Source: Octopus sinensis
Taxonomy: Eukaryota
Assembly: GCF_006345805.1 (NCBI RefSeq)
Contig: NC_042998.1
Location: forward strand, 38,192,001 to 38,256,000
Length of the DNA: 64,000 nucleotides
Reading direction: 5' to 3'
The notes under the pieces are model-generated. The model made no database searches. It was not told the DNA's origin and saw only the letters and a program-made list of their open reading frames with translations. Positions within the stretch are counted from its first letter, which is position 1; the number at the start of each line of letters is the position of its first letter. A program made the translations under genes and the position numbers. Positions 14,338 to 26,640 of this stretch are shown here, piece by piece.

Positions 14338-14722
14338 AAATGCTCCTATACTGCATGAGCAAATAATTCTCGTAAAAATACATTAGCAGTAATTAATGAT
14401 TAACGTTACACTCGTTCGTTGAAAAGAAAAACTGGAATATCCGTGGTTAATATAATAACTACGACAAATTAACTGACAGATTAGTCCAAAATTCTGACAA
14501 ACTACCAAAGACCACGCGTAGACGAAAGAGCGCAACTCGTTGTTTCGTGATTAAATGACACGCCTCCTCTTATAGAAATAATTATCGATTCAACTCTATA
14601 CGTCACTTTATCTCATTATCTATCGATTAGTCTATCTGTCTATCCATACGTGTGTATATGAGTTTGTTATATACATATCTGTTTATATGGGCACGTGTAT
14701 ATATCTAATGTATTCATATATA

Positions 14723-14955
14723 TATTTCTTTATTGCCCACAAGGGGCTAAACATAGAGGGGACAAACAAGGACAGACAAAGGGATTAAGTCGAATACATC
14801 GACCCCAGTGCGTAACTGGTACTTAATTTATCGACCCCGAAAGGATGAAAGGTAAAGTCGACCTCGGCGGAACTTGAACTCACAACGTAACGGTAGACGA
14901 AATACGGTTACGCATTTCGCCCGGCGTGCTAACGTTTCTGCCAGCTCGCCGCCTT
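14723..14955 (-). mobile_element. tRNA-derived SINE family B
   Basis: Head GGCGGCGAGCTGGCAGAAACGTTAGC..GAGTTCAAGTTCC; central CCTTTCATCCTTTCGGGGTCGATAAATTAAGTACCAG; six copies in the window. Confidence 0.9.
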
Positions 14956-15170
14956 CAAAATGTATGTATTCATATATATGTATTCATATATATGCTCACA
15001 CAAAGGCTTCATTACGTATAATTATACACATACATACACATACACACATGCACACACGCACACACACAAAGATATATAGTATAAAAGTGTCGAATATTAC
15101 ATGTATACATATAAAGATATAGACATATGTATGCATATACACATTTCTATATGAGCATGCTTCTACATAT

Positions 15171-15226
15171 GATGCTATTAAGTTAGACATGGACGGGCCA
15201 ATCTTTGTCTGAAACATATCTAAGTT
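15171..15226 (+). mobile_element. Isolated 3' tail of the CR1-group LINE
   Basis: GCTATTAAGTTAGACATGG..TCTTTGTCTGAAACATATC aligns with the LINE tail at 44221-44274. Confidence 0.6.
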
Positions 15227-15420
15227 ATATATGTATGCAATGCGTGCATGTAATTTATATTATGGTTGAATATTGATTTCTATGGAAGAAGACGAAGCAT
15301 TAATATTTCTAAGGATGGCTGAAATATTAAAATATTGGAATTACTGCACATTTCGGTGATTAGTTGTCGTCACTGAAACGCAGTGGAGAAATACATTTGC
15401 GTAATTATAGACATCTGATG

Positions 15421-15600
15421 AGTTTGATAGGTTTCGGCCAGTATAGGCCCAGGCCATGTATAACTCAATAGCAGCACCTGGAAAAGTGTGAGCTGCTTAC
15501 AGTCCCAAGCGGTCACCCATCAAGTACTCACTAGGGTCGACGTTGCTTATCTTCGGTGATCGGACGAGAACCGGTGCTTTCAACGTGATATGGCCGTAAG
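15421..15600 (-). mobile_element. 5S-head + CR1-group LINE-tail chimera (SINE3-like)
   Basis: The 5S head, a 13-nt linker, then GGTGCTGCTATTGAGTTATACATGGCCTGGGCCTATACTGGCCGAAACCTATCAAACT, which matches the LINE 3' end at 5548-5604. Confidence 0.7.
15495..15600 (-). pseudogene. 5S rRNA: 5S rRNA-derived sequence (pseudogene or SINE head) with a deletion of about 10 nt near the 3' end
   Basis: Minus strand CTTACGGCCATATCACGTTGAAAGCACCGGTTCTCGTCCGATCACCGAAGATAAGCAACGTCGACCCTAGTGAGTACTTGATGGGTGACCGCTTGGGA-CTGTAAGC is recognisably metazoan 5S, with A-box and C-box regions retained. Confidence 0.93.
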
Positions 15601-16159
15601 ATCAATTTGCAGCTCAAAATTATACTATTTGAATTTAAAGTGTGTTTATAGATACTAAAACAGATCCCTTACTAAAATAAGTTAAGTGGCTGTTGTCTCT
15701 TTTCCAGTTTGTGTGAAATGGCATGGTAGTTCATAGGTATATTTTACCTTCTTATTCTAGAAATCGTTCAAATTTTAACGTTTAACCCCGGGAAATATGT
15801 AGTTCCATCCAGTACACAAGCTATTCGCTTCTTTTCTAGCATAACTCTATACATCTTGGTTCATATCATAAACTTAATTCATATCCAGGTTTATAATTTT
15901 TATTACATACATCTGCATTCATTATTCACTTCTTTTATCTTCATAGAACGAATGAGCTTCTTTTCTTCTAATAATGTTTTCTTTTATTTTCTCTACGAAA
16001 TTTAGAGAAATACATTGGGAATTCAAACAATAACAAGTGAAATAAAGATTATATCTCTTCAGCCATATTCTAATAACCTGCTTACATCTTAGAGAATTCG
16101 TCCGTCTATTGTGAAAATTAATCTTAATTCTTAAATTCTTAATGTGTGCGCGCGTCTCG

Positions 16160-16612
16160 TTTTTTTATCCTTTTACTTGTTTCAATCATTGGACTGCGTC
16201 CATACTGGGGTACCACCTTGAAGGGTTTACTCGAATAAGTCTATCGTTCTCTGTTGCTGAACCGCCAAGTTGCGGAGATGCAAAGACACCAACACCGTTT
16301 GTGAAGCGGTGGTGGTGGGGATAAAGTCACACGCACACACACACACACACGCACATACACGCACACACATACACACACACACATACACACACACATATAT
16401 ATATTTGTATGTATGTATGCATGCATGCATGTATGTATGTGTATATGTACGACGGGCTTCTTTCAATTGTACCTCACACTGACACTGAACTCGAGTCATT
16501 TGACTGCGGCCATACTGGAGCATCTAGCCGAACAAATCGATCTCTGCTTCGTACTTATTCTGTCTATCTCTTTTGCCGAACTGCTACAGGGCCATAAACA
16601 CACCACCATCGC
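16160..16612 (-). mobile_element. Two degenerate SINE family A 3' fragments
   Basis: Family A tail and body motifs at 16160-16465 and 16490-16612. Confidence 0.75.
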
Positions 16613-16971
16613 TATATATATTTGTGTGTATATATATATATATACACACAGAATATTTATCTTCAGTTGTATAAAATTTAAGACAAGAATATTGATATTC
16701 CATTCCTTAGAAAAAAGTAGTGAGTGTCTCAGCGAATTAGTTTTATTTACGCGAGAGTTTGTTGCCTTTTATCATAGAATTGATGACTCAACATTCCTCC
16801 TAAAAAAAACAAAAACACTGACTATAGAATACGGTGCTTGACCCCCTTATGGGTGCATATTCAAATGTCTCCATGACAAAATAAACTAAATGATGTTCCT
16901 GCAGCTTTGAATATCTCTCAAGCATCTTTAGTAATTAAGCAGTAGACTGATCATATTTGATTTCCATAATT

Positions 16972-17133
16972 GTGGCTGTGTGGTAAGTAGCTTGCTTACC
17001 AACCACATGGTTCCAGGTTCAGTCCCACTGCGTGGCATCTTGGGCAAGTGTCTTCTGCTATAGCCCCGGGCCGACCAATGCCTTGTGAGTGGATTTGGTA
17101 GACGGAAACTGAAAGAAGCCTGTCGTATATATG

Positions 17134-17172
<39 letters not shown>

Positions 17173-17393
17173 TTGTGTGTCTGTGTTTGTCCCCCTAGCA
17201 TTGCTTGACAACCGATGCTGGTGTGTTTACATCCCCGTCACTTGGCGGTTCGGCAAAAGAGACCGATAGAATAAGTACTGGGCTTACAAAGAATAAGTCC
17301 CGGGGTCGATTTGCTCGACTAAAATGGTGGTGCTCCAGCATGGCCGCAGTCAAATGACTGAAACAAGTAAAAGAGTAAAAGAGTAAAGAGTAA
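16972..17393 (+). mobile_element. SINE family A, near full length
   Basis: Collinear with 3138-3549; ends in (GAGTAAAA)n. Confidence 0.92.
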
Positions 17394-18942
17394 CCATTTT
17401 ATAAACAGGTTACCTATGTCGCTATTTTTCTTTTTCAAATTTATACTTCCAAATTTTGTGAAGAATATAAATCGCTGTAGAAATTATTTTCCTTCGTTCT
17501 ATTCTAAATTACGAAAACCAATGCATATCGTCAACAAATTCTTCCTTTGAGATACATAATGAATAATAACGCCAGTCGAAAATCTCCGTTTTTGCGATTT
17601 TAGAATTGCTAACTTTAGGTGGTCTTTTATTAGTGGCGGATGCAATCCTTTTTTTCTTTTAATTGTTTCAGTCATAAGACTGCGACCAGGCTGGAGCGCT
17701 GTCTATATTTTCTTTCAGTTTTGTTGTTTCATTCTGGATGGAATTTGGTCTGTGATTGACTTTGTACCTGCTGATCATCCCTGATTTTGTCTTTGTTGGT
17801 TTGTTATCGTCCTTTTGAGGTTATACAATATTTTTTGTTTTTTATATATATAATGCTTCGGTGGAAGTTTCTTTTAGATTTTTGATAGTTATGCAGTTGA
17901 GGATCTCTAAGAATCACACTGTTACAATAGAATGTTATAATAGAATACAATAGAATGTTTTGCTCATAATTTCGAAGCTGGTATGGTTGGAAGTTGGCAG
18001 TATCTGCCAGTTCGTGAGTTAAAGTTCTCTGCAATTCCGAAGTTCTGAACAAACCCCTCCAGGGTTTTCCATGAGTATATGATAGTATATCTCTCTCCTC
18101 GCAGTTCAAGGGAGTAGAGAGGCAGAGCTTTCAGACTTTCCCTGTAATTAAGGCTTTTAACCGAAGCTATGTTCAGAACCTCTAATTAACCTGAACATAA
18201 CTATAGAAAACAATTCCCCTGGTAGTTCATCTTGAATCCATACGACTCAAAGGCTTGCATTGCATTACTAACGTTAATTGAAAAGCTACAGCACAGCTGC
18301 GGCTGTGATGTCTATTGTAAGCTTGTCGTCCTTCAAAGTAGAAATGTGTTTTTATGCCGCGCATAACAGCTTTGTGGAAATACTTTATAAAGCACCGTTC
18401 ACCGATCTTTTATGAGTATCGATCTGAGTCAGCTGTTGAAGATGTATATTATTTCCTACAGATATTTACTCATGATTTTTTTTAAATGTTTTTAAAAAGA
18501 AACATTCTTATATGGAAACCACTAGATATTTTTCATATAAAGAACAATATCCTTTGTTTGTTTCTTCAATATATAAATATTTCTTGATTTTATGGGAACT
18601 TTTAACACATGGCCAATTGTATTGAGATATTTCGAGAGAAATTTGTCAGTTTTTCATGATACAATACCGAAGAGGAAAATAGATTGATAGGAGAAATATA
18701 TCGATGTCTTCATTCAATGTTTAACCTTTACCACTTAGGTCTTACACTCTATATACTGACTCTTCTTTCTTCTTTTTTTCTTTAACGTTTCTGTTAATCT
18801 TTATTTCTTTTCCTTCTCATTCGTTACTGCTTTTACAGCTCTTTATTTCGTTTATACTCATCAATTTGTTTAGCTTACATAAATATTTTTTGGTGAGTGA
18901 TTAACGCACATTCGACAATTATTTTTTTTTATCTCATATATT

Positions 18943-19638
18943 TTTTTACCTTTTACACGTTTCATTCGTTAAACTGCGATCATGATGGGGCAATGTCTTG
19001 AAAACTTTTAGTCGAACGAATCCACACCAGTACTTATATTTGTTTTACGCTTGCTACTTATTCTTTCGGTTGCTTTTCCCGAACTGCTAAGTTACGAGAA
19101 CGTAAACACAACTAGACCGATTAACAAGCGGTGTAGGAGCCAAACACAGACACAAAGACACACGTACACTCGCACATACACACATGCATACATATGTATG
19201 CATACATGCATACATACATATATACATACATATATACATACATATATACATACATACATACATACATACATACATACATACATACATTCATATATACATA
19301 CATACATACATACATACATACATACATACATACATACATACATACATACATACATTCATATATACATACATACATACATACATACATACATACATACATA
19401 CATACATACATTCATATATACATATATACATTCATATACATACATACATACATACATACATACATACATACATACATACATACATACATACATACATACA
19501 TTGATAAATGCTGTTTTACAGTTGTGAAGAAAGGAAAAACTATAGCAGAAGACATTTCGCCGAGGTACACGCAGTAGAACTGCACACGGAACCCCAGGAT
19601 TGGGAAGTAAACTTACTACCTAACTGCGACTGGGCCTA
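18943..19638 (-). mobile_element. Old SINE family A copy with an expanded internal (TACA)n
   Basis: Degenerate tail at 18943-19160 and head at 19540-19638, separated by about 330 bp of TACA repeat. Confidence 0.75.
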
Positions 19639-19643
19639 GATAG

Positions 19644-19676
<33 letters not shown>

Positions 19677-19874
19677 GTGTATGTGTGTGTGTTGTATGAC
19701 CCTGACAAATTCAGGGTGCAATTATTTCTCTGTGGTTGAATTTTAAAACTGCAAAATTTCAATAAAAAAGTTAGAAATGATAAACTTCATGGATTTTGTT
19801 ACTGAGGTTTTAAAATGTTCGAACATAAACTGCCAATCAGATAAGTAACGTCTTTTATCATATATTTGACTGAT

Positions 19875-20100
19875 TTCGCCACAACTTTCTCTCACTCTTT
19901 CACCCCGTTTCTGTTGTACCTGTATTTCAAAGGGCCGGCCTTGTCACACTCTGTATCACGCTGTTTCTCCCCGAGAACTACGTTAAGGGAAGACGTGTCT
20001 GTGGAGTGCTCAGCCACTTGTACGTTAATTTCACGAGCAGTCTGTTCCGTGGATCGGATCAACTGGAACCCTCGTCGTCGTAACCGACGGAGTGCCACGG
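19875..20100 (+). mobile_element. SINE family C 3' half
   Basis: Reverse-complement match to 14017-14245. Confidence 0.85.
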
Positions 20101-20547
20101 CGATGTTTTAGATGAAACTTTAATCAATATACATTGAATCTCTCTGCGAAAATAGTGGTAGCTTTGCTGTTTTAGCTGATGAATTCTTGCATCTCGAAGC
20201 TAAATTTATGTTTGCTGACGTAAATTTGCGCGAGCACATATGAGTGTGTGTGTGTGTGTGTGTATGAGTGTGCGCCTACGTGTATTTGTGTATGTGCGCG
20301 CGCGTTCGCGCATTTGCGTTTTGGTGACGTGGATAAACTTTGCAGTCACATTGAAAGCGTATTGTAGAACTCCCGCAAGAGTAAGATAACTTTAGAGAAT
20401 GTAGCAGAACTTTTGTCCTCTCATCCTTTCTTCTCAAGAAGCTTCAAATAATTTCAACTCAAGAAATTGGTTCTGCTGCAGAAACCGAGATCCTTGACAA
20501 GATTTACAATGGTTATGTCTGCGTGTGGTCGATGGTAGGAGATTAGG

Positions 20548-20777
20548 GCGGTGAGCTGGCAAGTTCGTTAGCACGCCGGGCGAAATGTTTAGCGGTATTT
20601 CGTCTGCCGTTACGTTCTGAGTTCGAATTCCGCCGAGGTCGACTTTGCCTTTCATCCTTTCGGGGTCGATTAAATGAGTACCAGTTACACACTGGGGTCT
20701 ATATAATCGACTTAATCTGTTTGTCTGTCCTTGTTTGTCACCTCTGTGTTTAGCCCCTTGTGGGTAGTAATGAAATA
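20548..20777 (+). mobile_element. SINE family B, full length with 17-bp TSD
   Basis: TSD GATGGTAGGAGATTAGG at 20531-20547 and 20778-20794; B box GAGTTCGAATTCC. Confidence 0.93.
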
Positions 20778-21439
20778 GATGGTAGGAGATTAGGAAAAAC
20801 AGTATGGACGATTAGAGAATATAAAGCCTCTAGATTTATTTTCCTCTATTGAGGTCTTTTCGAACTCCTTACCACCATGTTTGAAATTTACTCATTCAAT
20901 AATCGCACGTGGTTGCTTATTATTTATATATTTTTGCTCTTTCGTTTACACATTAGGCTGAATTATAAGATTAATTCTGAGGATTTTGTTGGCTTTAGTA
21001 GTCACTGATTAACGTCTGTATGCTTATAGCGAAATTTTGCTTCTGTTTCTTTATTTCCAGTTTTCGTTAAAGAGAGGTCAAATTTATTTGGCCGTTGAAA
21101 TTATTTGGCCCCTAGAAACAGATATCTCATTTCCTGTCCGTTTTACAAACGCGACGTTTATAGCCTTTGGGAATGACATGCGAAACACACACAATTGCGC
21201 ACACATCGCTGCTTCTATACAGATGTTTGTGTGTGCGCGGTTTGTGTAAGTATATATATATGTGAATATACATGTATACATGTGTGTGCGTGTGTAAAAT
21301 CAAAATAACGGAGAGGATATCAAAGTTGTGATGCAGTACGACCGTGTCAAGCAGACAGACAGACAGATAGATAGATAGATAGATTGATAGATAGATACAT
21401 ACATACATACATACATACATACATGGATAGATGCATGAA

Positions 21440-21481
<42 letters not shown>

Positions 21482-21485
<4 letters not shown>

Positions 21486-21685
21486 ATCCAAACAAGAAAG
21501 CACAAAAAAAACACAACAACGCGAGGACGTGGAACAAATATAGTATTATTGGACGCTCAGGAAAGAAGGAAAGAAGGAGGGTTTAACGTTTCGAGCGGAG
21601 CTCTTCGTCGGAAACATAGAAGGAAAGAACCAGAGAAGGGAAGACAGAGGGAAAAAAATCGCCAACGGTACACACGCGGTCACAT
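21482..21685 (-). mobile_element. PLE-terminus-like repeat with a minimal HHR motif (21581-21615)
   Basis: Minus strand GTTT-CCGACGA-A-GAGC tcc GCTC-GAAA-CG-TT-AAAC; abuts (TA)n; related to 22392-22557 and 60570-60645. Confidence 0.6.
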
Positions 21686-21699
21686 GTCTATTATAAATC

Positions 21700-21960
21700 T
21701 TTTATGTTTTACATTTAGTGGTTTCAGCAAGAGGCTGGGGTCATACTGGAGCACTGCTTTTCAGTGTTTTGGTGTCTCATTTCTGTATTGTTTTTGGCAA
21801 AGAAGTGAGTTGGACGAAGTTGCTCTTTTTTGTGACAGAAATTCATCCAGATGCTTTTTCATCGTTTCCACATCTACAAGTGGCCTCTCAAGAAAATGGA
21901 GGAAGAAAAGACTTTGATACTCTGTCAACAACAAGGGATTGTCAGCCTTTGATCGCTATT
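21700..21960 (-). mobile_element. CR1-group LINE 3' relic whose tail resembles that of SINE family A
   Basis: VETMKKHLDEFLS and RATSSNSLL, followed by GCAGTGCTCCAGTATGACCCCAGCCTCTTGCTGAAAC. Confidence 0.55.
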
Positions 21961-22170
21961 AATTGATTATGTTGGCGTGTGGGTCCGAGGTCGCAACAGG
22001 AATTTCCTGGAGTTCAAGCAGAGTCCGAAAACTTCCGACGACCCTTTCGCAGTAATCTTTATTAACACAGAAGGCTAATTCTCCGGTTATCGCTGGTATT
22101 ATACATGAAACACCATAATCCCGCTCTGAATACTACAGCTGTGATATAAAGAGCAGACCTGATGTCCGTG

Positions 22171-22351
<181 letters not shown>

Positions 22352-22391
22352 CACCATGATATATCGGTATGATATATCGGTAGCCACTACA

Positions 22392-22554
22392 CACACTTTT
22401 TTCTCTCCTTGTTTTTTTCCGTGTCCCTTTCTGTAGAAGAGCGTAGGCTTTGAACGTAAAATACTTTTTCAATTCCTGAGCGTTATACTAATACATCTGT
22501 TTGTTTTGTACACCACCTGTCTTCGTCTTCTGTTTTTTTTTTCGTGAACTCTCC

Positions 22555-22557
<3 letters not shown>
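22392..22557 (+). mobile_element. PLE-terminus-like repeat with a degenerate HHR (22428-22460)
   Basis: TTT-CTGTAGA-A-GAGC gtag GCTT-TGAACGT-AAA; shares TTCCTGAGCGT with 21482-21685; ends at (TA)n. Confidence 0.5.
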
Positions 22558-22627
<70 letters not shown>

Positions 22628-22635
<8 letters not shown>

Positions 22636-23732
22636 AATCATTAGAGAGTTAACCACTATGTGGATAACTCTAGTGCTAAAAATAGCTCCGATAGTAAAGC
22701 CACAGAAAAAAGATGTTTCCAACTAGAATCAACATACATTTAACGGAAGGAAAGTGAAATATAACGAATAAATAGATTGACCCTGAACAAATTGTTTCAT
22801 TACTAATGTAATATGTAGTTTTACTTACATACACATCTATAAATCTTCAGCAGAGGTTTGTCTTAAATACAATTAATTAGATCGACCCGAGCGTCAAAAA
22901 CACGAGCGGTCTAACGAATTGCATTTTTAGTTATGCCTCAAATTCCGCGCCAAAAGCATGCCAAGACTCCATTGGAAACGTATGCCGCATCAAATAAAAT
23001 AGTTACTGCCGCATAGTTGAATTTATAAATTTATAAATGAGGGTATGTTGATTCTAGTTGGAAACATCTTTTTTCTGTGGCTTTACTATCGGAGCTATTT
23101 TTAGCACTAGAGTTATCCACATAGTGGTTAACTCTCTAATAATTTATGTATAAATTTGTATTTTCTCCGTAGTTTTTTGTGCTAAGCCACTCGGTGTTAA
23201 ATTAATGGTATTATTAAATTAATATCAATTTTTCACCCTCATTTATAAATTTATAAATTCAACTATGCGGCAGTAAATATTTTATTTGATGTGGCATACG
23301 TTTCCAATGGAGTCTTGGCATGCTTTTGGCGCGGAATTTGAGGCATAACTAAAACTGCTCGTGTTTTTGACGCTCGGGTCGATCTAATTAATTGTATTTA
23401 AGACAAACCTCTGCTGAAGATTTATAGATGTGTATGTAAGTAAAACTACATATTACATTAGTAATGAAACAATTTGTTCAGGGTCAATCTATTTATTCGT
23501 TATATTTCACTTTCCTTCCGTTAAATGTATGTTGATTCTAGTTGGAAACATCTTTTTTCTGTGGTTTTACTATCGGAGCTATTTTTAGCACTAGAGTTAT
23601 CCACATAGTGGTTAACTCTCTAATAATTTATGTATAAATTTGTATTTTCTCCGTAGTTTTTTGTGCTAAGCCACTCGGTGTTAAATTGATGGTATTATTA
23701 AATTAATATCAATTTTTCACCCTCATTTATAA

Positions 23733-23734
<2 letters not shown>
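22628..23734 (+). mobile_element. Non-coding HHR-containing element: partial tandem (484-bp period) plus an inverted copy; retrozyme or non-autonomous PLE-like
   Basis: 23043-23250 is directly repeated at 23527-23734. 22628-23043 is the reverse complement of about 23236-23635. (TA)n on both flanks; no ORF. Confidence 0.8.
23409..23483 (+). ncRNA. Type I hammerhead ribozyme motif with long stem II (inverted copy at 22781-22855)
   Basis: Stem I CTCTG/CAGGG; core CTGAAGA; 45-nt hairpin; GAAA; stem III ACAA(T)TTGT; predicted cleavage triplet GUU. Confidence 0.65.
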
Positions 23735-23777
<43 letters not shown>

Positions 23778-23779
23778 TA

Positions 23780-24220
23780 CATCATCCTCATCTGCCAGAT
23801 ACCGTCGATTCTGTTTGCTTAGTAGGCATTCCAAGACTTCTGTGTGCACTGTGCTGTAATCCTATAATCAGCGAGGCTTCTGTTTTCAGTTCATCCCTTC
23901 ATGTCGTCACTCCACAAACGTTTTCGCCACCGAATTATTTTCTTCCTCGGAGCACTTCCTGCTGAATGATCTTGGCCTGTGACTTTAGCTCATTGTACTT
24001 CCAGAACATGATCGTCTTTTCGACTTGACTCTCAACAAAAGCTGTCTTTTTACTTTTAGATGTCTCTACTACTGCCGCATTTCTTACTCTGTCTTTCCAG
24101 CCACCTGCCCACTCTGCGAAGGATCCATATTTCAAAGTTTTCATTTGCACCATAGCTGTGATCTTTGTCCATATTTCTTCTCGTAGAGGACCATTAACAT
24201 AATATAAGTGTTTACTAGCC
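23780..24220 (-). mobile_element. RTE-clade LINE 3' relic
   Basis: WKDRVRNAAV...KIIQQEVLRGRK matches the RTE C-terminal pattern W.DRV.N..V / K.I.QG...G.R. Confidence 0.6.
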
Positions 24221-25547
24221 TCAATTTCAGATACAGATTGTATGTGTGTGTGTGTGTGTGTGGTGGGGAAAGGAGAGTGAGAGAGTGACATGACTGAATG
24301 ATATCTGTTTTATTAAGCACACATAAACACACAACTATGGTCCTGTTTTATCTCTTTTGTTAAAAATTTTATTAAAGTATTTCCGTAGAAGTCTTTTGTA
24401 GTATCAGTGACAAAACTGTGTGGGCATTGACGGTCTCCATGGAAGTAGAAGCATTTGTTTGATTCTTTGGTGTATATCAATGCAATTTATCTGGGTTTTT
24501 TCTCTTTGTCGATCACTATGTTTATGTCTAAAAACGGAATCTCATGTGTAATATTCTGGATATTAAATTTTAGTACGAATTTGCTTCATAGCTTTCTTTA
24601 GTTTCGCGACATTTAATGTTTCCATGACAACTAATATATTGTCTACGTATCCGGTGCAGAATATACCAAAACGGTATTATTCTGCTGTTTATTGTGGATA
24701 GAAAGAATGTAACAAACCTAAGTTCTAAGAGAACATACATGGCTGCTCCATCCACCTTTTTATATAAATTTACTTTTGTGGGCATAGAAAACGTACTTCG
24801 GTTATACAAGCCATCAGTAGTATTCTAATGTCTGCTGGTGTGGTGACTAACTTTATTTTTGTGCGCTTGTATTTGTACAGGCGCGTACATGTAAATGCAT
24901 GTATACATATGCATATAACATGCGTGTATCTGTACCGATGTGCATAGTTAGAAGAATGTTTATACCGGTATAGAATAATAGCAACGCAAATGAATAGATA
25001 AATCACAAGCGTTCTATTTTCCAATTCTCACTTTCTCATTACAAAAATAATCACTTCATTATTAGAAATATGTAAGATCTAATGCTCGAACATCCCGCAA
25101 TGAACCTTAAATACGAGGTCAAAACTGTTAAAGTAAATGAGAATGTGCTTTTAAATTCAAAGTAATGTTTTTTCATCTCATAATTGTCTCTTTTTTAGTG
25201 AAGTTATTTACTATTAAATATATCCAGATCCTGGAACTGACAGAGTCAAACGTTACACCTTTAGAGTTAATGATGTCATTATTTTCTGAAGAGAGTTACA
25301 AACGCCGAATCGTATTCTCTCATACTCGTTGGTCTATCAGCTGCTTCTTTTGATCTATCCGTGAAGAAGTCTTCTCCAGTCGACGCTTCAAAAGATCAAA
25401 AGCTCCTATCACATTATTAACAATGTTATTCTGGATAACATTATAGACAGACATTCTGTGTTTGTATGCAGAGAAGTATGTGTTCGTGTGAGTGTATCAT
25501 GTGTGAGCTATTCACATCTGTGTGTCACTGTCTTTATATATTTATAT

Positions 25548-25587
<40 letters not shown>

Positions 25588-26489
25588 ATCAGCATGTATT
25601 TATATAATATGCGTGTGTATCTGCCTATGTATGTATAAGTATGAATACATACATAAGTATACAATGGCGTTGAAAATTTCTAACTTTATTTAAGCATGCG
25701 TGTGTGTGTGTGTGTGCCCCGGTATCTCTATGTGCTGTGAGTGTATGTATAGAGTGTCCTGTTGTTCCCAATACTCAGCTGACTCACCAACATAGATTTT
25801 GCTATTATGTAACTGTTGTCGAACAAAACTTACCCATTCCACGTCCTTTTAATACTTTTTAAATAATATTTTACAGAAGCTCCAAAATCTATCCTTTTTT
25901 CGTGTAAAACGATGATAATATATATTCAATTTTTTTCACCAAATATTAGCTCTCTGTATTTGCCATTTCTTCGTCAGACATTAACAATATTGAGGATAAA
26001 AAATATCATTACAATATAAACTAAATAAACTAGACTTGTTCTAATCTGTAATTTATAATTTCATTTTCATTTAACACGTTACGGATCAAAGCTGAACTTA
26101 GTGTTTAACGACTTTACCAACAAGAAATTAATGATTATTATACATGATAAGAAAACTATTAATTAGTAAATCTTCCTCTACTTAATTGGAGATCGATATT
26201 ATAAAAAGAAAATAGTGTTTCACAATCAGAAGCATAAAATTAAACTCAAATGTAACATTTATTATAATTATGGCATTGCGTTTTGTGAGACTTTGCAAGA
26301 AATACCAGTGAAGTCTATTCAGGAAAAGTCTATTGCTAAAGACAAGATGGGTGAATATGGATTTCGTTGAGACGTGTAACATTACTGTCTAGTAACTGTA
26401 GTAACCGAGTTTTTGTATATTCCCGTATTTAGCTTCATGAAAGTTCAGCCTGGATAGGAGTCAAATGCTGCTAGTAGACAGCTTGTCAG

Positions 26490-26640
26490 CAATTTTCTTT
26501 GGACATATATACTGTTAGCTCTTTTACGTTATGATCCGAGAAAATCCTTTGGGTGGTGGGGGTCACCTTAAGATCATGAATGAGCACCGTGTTATTTGTG
26601 AAGCAGAAGTCCAGGAAACGTAGTCTATAATATTGATGTT
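26490..26640 (-). mobile_element. LINE apurinic-endonuclease C-terminal relic
   Basis: LDFCFTNNTVLIHDLKVTPTTQRIFSDHNVKEL matches the LDL.FTN...SDH motif. Confidence 0.65.

Noticed and set aside
15495-15600. Functional 5S rRNA gene
   Set aside because: Single copy, about 10 nt deleted from the 3' helix region, and fused to a LINE tail.
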